Shown piece after piece: positions 48,209 to 50,843 of a DNA stretch of 50,843 nt. The DNA lies in NCBI GenBank assembly GCA_002269645.1, contig NIVC01004313.1:1-50843 (forward strand), given 5' to 3'. Positions within the stretch are counted from its first letter, which is position 1. Each line of letters starts with the position of its first letter. The notes under the pieces are model-generated. The model was given only the letters and a program-made list of their open reading frames with translations, did no database searches and was not told the DNA's origin. Both the position numbers and the translations under genes were made by a program. The DNA comes from Macrostomum lignano. Its lineage: Eukaryota.

Positions 48209-50644
48209 GCATCGGTAGCTCTGTTGGGCAGTAGTGTAGTGTGTACCTCTGCTTTACGTAACCTATTGCACGTTCTGTCTCTATCGTTGACAAAGTCAAT
48301 AGCCGTGCGCACTCCATCTCTCTCAGTAGCATGTAGTTACTGCGATAGTGCGAGCTAAAGTATGTACGCTCGTACAAGCAACTGAGCATCGGTTTACGCT
48401 CCTATAATTGCTTTAGCCCGCCAAATATTTAGTTGACTCTGCTAAACATTGTCTCACTAGTTCGCCTTGTTCGGCAACCCAACGAGAAAACCGTGCGAGC
48501 ATCGCTCCACGTGTTAGATCGAACGAAGCATTAGAGTAATCCTGAAATAACTACATGTAGAGGCTTCTTGCGTGTGTTTAGTGGAACTTTTATTTTCTGC
48601 TTTCTCTATATTGGATGCTTCTTGTACCTTAAGTTAAAAGGTCGATGACCGAATTCGAGGAAGATTCTATACTGCAGAAAATTTGGCGGCAAGTAGTCGG
48701 CTGGGACGAAGTATTGGAACAGCATATTAGCAAAAAAGTGGAGCATTGGATTGCTTAGATTGGGAGCTTGACACTTCTAGAGGTTACTTAGCTATCGATG
48801 GAAGACGTGACTGCCATGACCAGAGGCCACTGGAGGCAACCGATTGGTTTAAAGTATACATGTCTATGTCTGTTAAGAGCTCGATGTACCAATATGGGTC
48901 TTGATCCCATCTCATTTGGACCTTTCTTTCCCAGCAGTTTACATGACTCATCACCTGCAAATATTTTAGTGAAAGTACATTGATCATCAGTTACATTTTC
49001 ACTCAGCGTATCCTAACTTGTACCTATAGAAACTGATACGTGTGTCCTTAATTTTTACCTTACCCGTTTCCTGCTTGATATCGAGACACTTGAATTTTTC
49101 TTTATTCTTGTCATACGGAGGCTGGACACTCCGGGTTAAGCTAAATTAGTTTAAAACTAAAAGGGCACCAATGCCTCTGAGCCTTTTTCTCCAGTCCGTA
49201 TATTTCTATTTTGTTTTGAGCTGCAAGAAAACAAAGTGTCTAAAGAAGAGTATGAGATACCATGGACCATGACCATAGCCACGATGGACTCTTGCGATGC
49301 CACAATTCTCTGCAATGCAATCAAGTTTGATGTTTGGAATCATCCTAGTCTTTTCAACTATCAAGTGCATGCGATCTAGCATTGTGAAAATATACTGCTA
49401 AGTCACGAATATTGGATTTTAACTTTAGATTGCACGTGTTGTGTGCCGCTTCGATCCCTATTTCCCGGATAAGTGGCAGTGATCCCTAACTGTGATATCG
49501 CCGCTTGACCGTCGCTCTTTAAATCCCTCCGACAACCCACCCTAAACCTCTGGATGATTCAATTTTTCTAGTGACCTCCTGAAGGAAAGGATCTAATGTG
49601 TCTGTGCGAGCGAATGGTTTTGCCTTTGTTGTCATGTAATGCTTGAGATGCTCCTATAATGATAGCTGCAGTTTAAAGGTTCTGTGTGTTCTGATTGTAA
49701 GATCGATAACTAGTTGGATCATATCTCTATAATTCGTGTTGTGTATCTATGCGAGGTAGACTGTATATAATATTCTGTGAACCTTCTCTGAGCTAAATGA
49801 ATGTCTTCATTGGAATGCTCAAACTATTTCCGTTGGATTAAACGTTCCAAGTCTTCCTATTCCAGTCTGTTTTGGGGATATCTTATGTCTTACCTGTGAT
49901 TGTCTGATATTTGTAAGCTAAAAAATGGCCCTTTTCTTGATATTCTCTTTGTTGATTGCTTTAGGATTTCTAAATCCTACATGGATGCGGTGTCGTTTTT
50001 TATGTCCTCCCCTCACTGCAGCTACGCAGTGCGCGGTGCGTGTGGCATTTTGCATCGGCCCAGCCCAGCAATTCTTTCTACCCTCTTGACCGTCTGCCGC
50101 CATGGCCAACTCCCTCTTGCACTGTACTATAAATATACACGATCTTGTAGCCCAAAGAGGCACTGTTGGCTTTAGATCTAGAATGTAACGTCGAAAAAAG
50201 CATCTCCTCCGGTATTGTCGTTTTTTCCACCGCTGTCTGAAGGCAGAAGATAACCGGTGTTTTGAACATCATAAAACATTGCGTTATATCTGGTTTCCTG
50301 AGAGTGAGTCACCCAGTTCCGCCAACTCGACTATGGGTGATTGCAACGAGCCGTTTCCATCTCTAGACGACAACTCCTGCCACAGCAGACGGTGGTCATC
50401 GACGTGATCGGAGCCGGAGATGCGAAGCAACTGGTACGGTGTGTAGTGTGTCACGGAAAGACCTGAAACAATCGAGTACCTGCATGTGCGTATATAGATT
50501 CATCTAAATCAGGTCGAAGGTAATAATCGAGTCCAGCGGTTCGTCTCAGTACAATTTTGCATTCAGTTCAAGTCAAGCAACGCAGAATCTCAAGTTACAT
50601 GGACATTTTTAGACCATTTTTAGTATTATGGATTTTATTCTTAG

Positions 50645-50786
50645 GGCGCATTCTGATTCTGATCACTGATCTCAAGGAATACATTGACGTCGACGAATTA
50701 AAACTGTTACGACTTACAGTGCTCTCAAACTCGACCGACTTGATTATTCAAGAAGAGAACCCCGCACGCCGTTGGAACCCGCCACA
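50645..50786 (+). CDS. Possible internal exon of an unidentified gene
   Basis: TTTTATTCTTAG acceptor and GTAAGT donor around a stop-free frame (RILILITDLKEYIDVDELKLL...WNPP). No recognisable family. Confidence 0.25.
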
Positions 50787-50843
50787 GTAAGTGATCACTG
50801 AATTCTGTACCCAGACTTGCGGTCTGGAAGTGGGAGTTCGTGC

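Overview
Eukaryotic (animal) genomic DNA, not prokaryotic. GC-rich spliced exons with GT-AG introns sit among about 20 private tandem arrays and several transposons. The style (GC3-rich Ala-rich exons, dense minisatellites, TTAGGG tracts) resembles the flatworm Macrostomum; this is an inference I cannot confirm. Reconstructed genes: a ~780-aa low-complexity protein (minus strand, broken by three homopolymer indels that look like assembly errors); a 3-exon, 907-aa glypican with a very long mucin-like stalk; a 2-exon, 240-aa TRAF-like protein lacking RING and zinc fingers; a 3-exon, 346-aa claudin/PMP22-like tetraspan with a downstream partial copy of its last exon; a multiply disabled annexin pseudogene broken by a LINE fragment; and a 123-aa secreted single-WSC protein. 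Mobile elements: a full-length Ty3/Gypsy element (LTRs 166/167 identical) inside the WSC intron, an internally deleted mariner 114 bp upstream of the WSC start, a degenerate Gypsy relic, two RTE-like LINE fragments and two MITE-like elements. I find no CRISPR array, RNA gene or clearly new multi-gene system. The best leads are the unusual protein architectures, minisatellites that appear to arise locally at splice sites and transposon ends, and the in-frame-deleted mariner. All coordinates and splice models were derived by hand.
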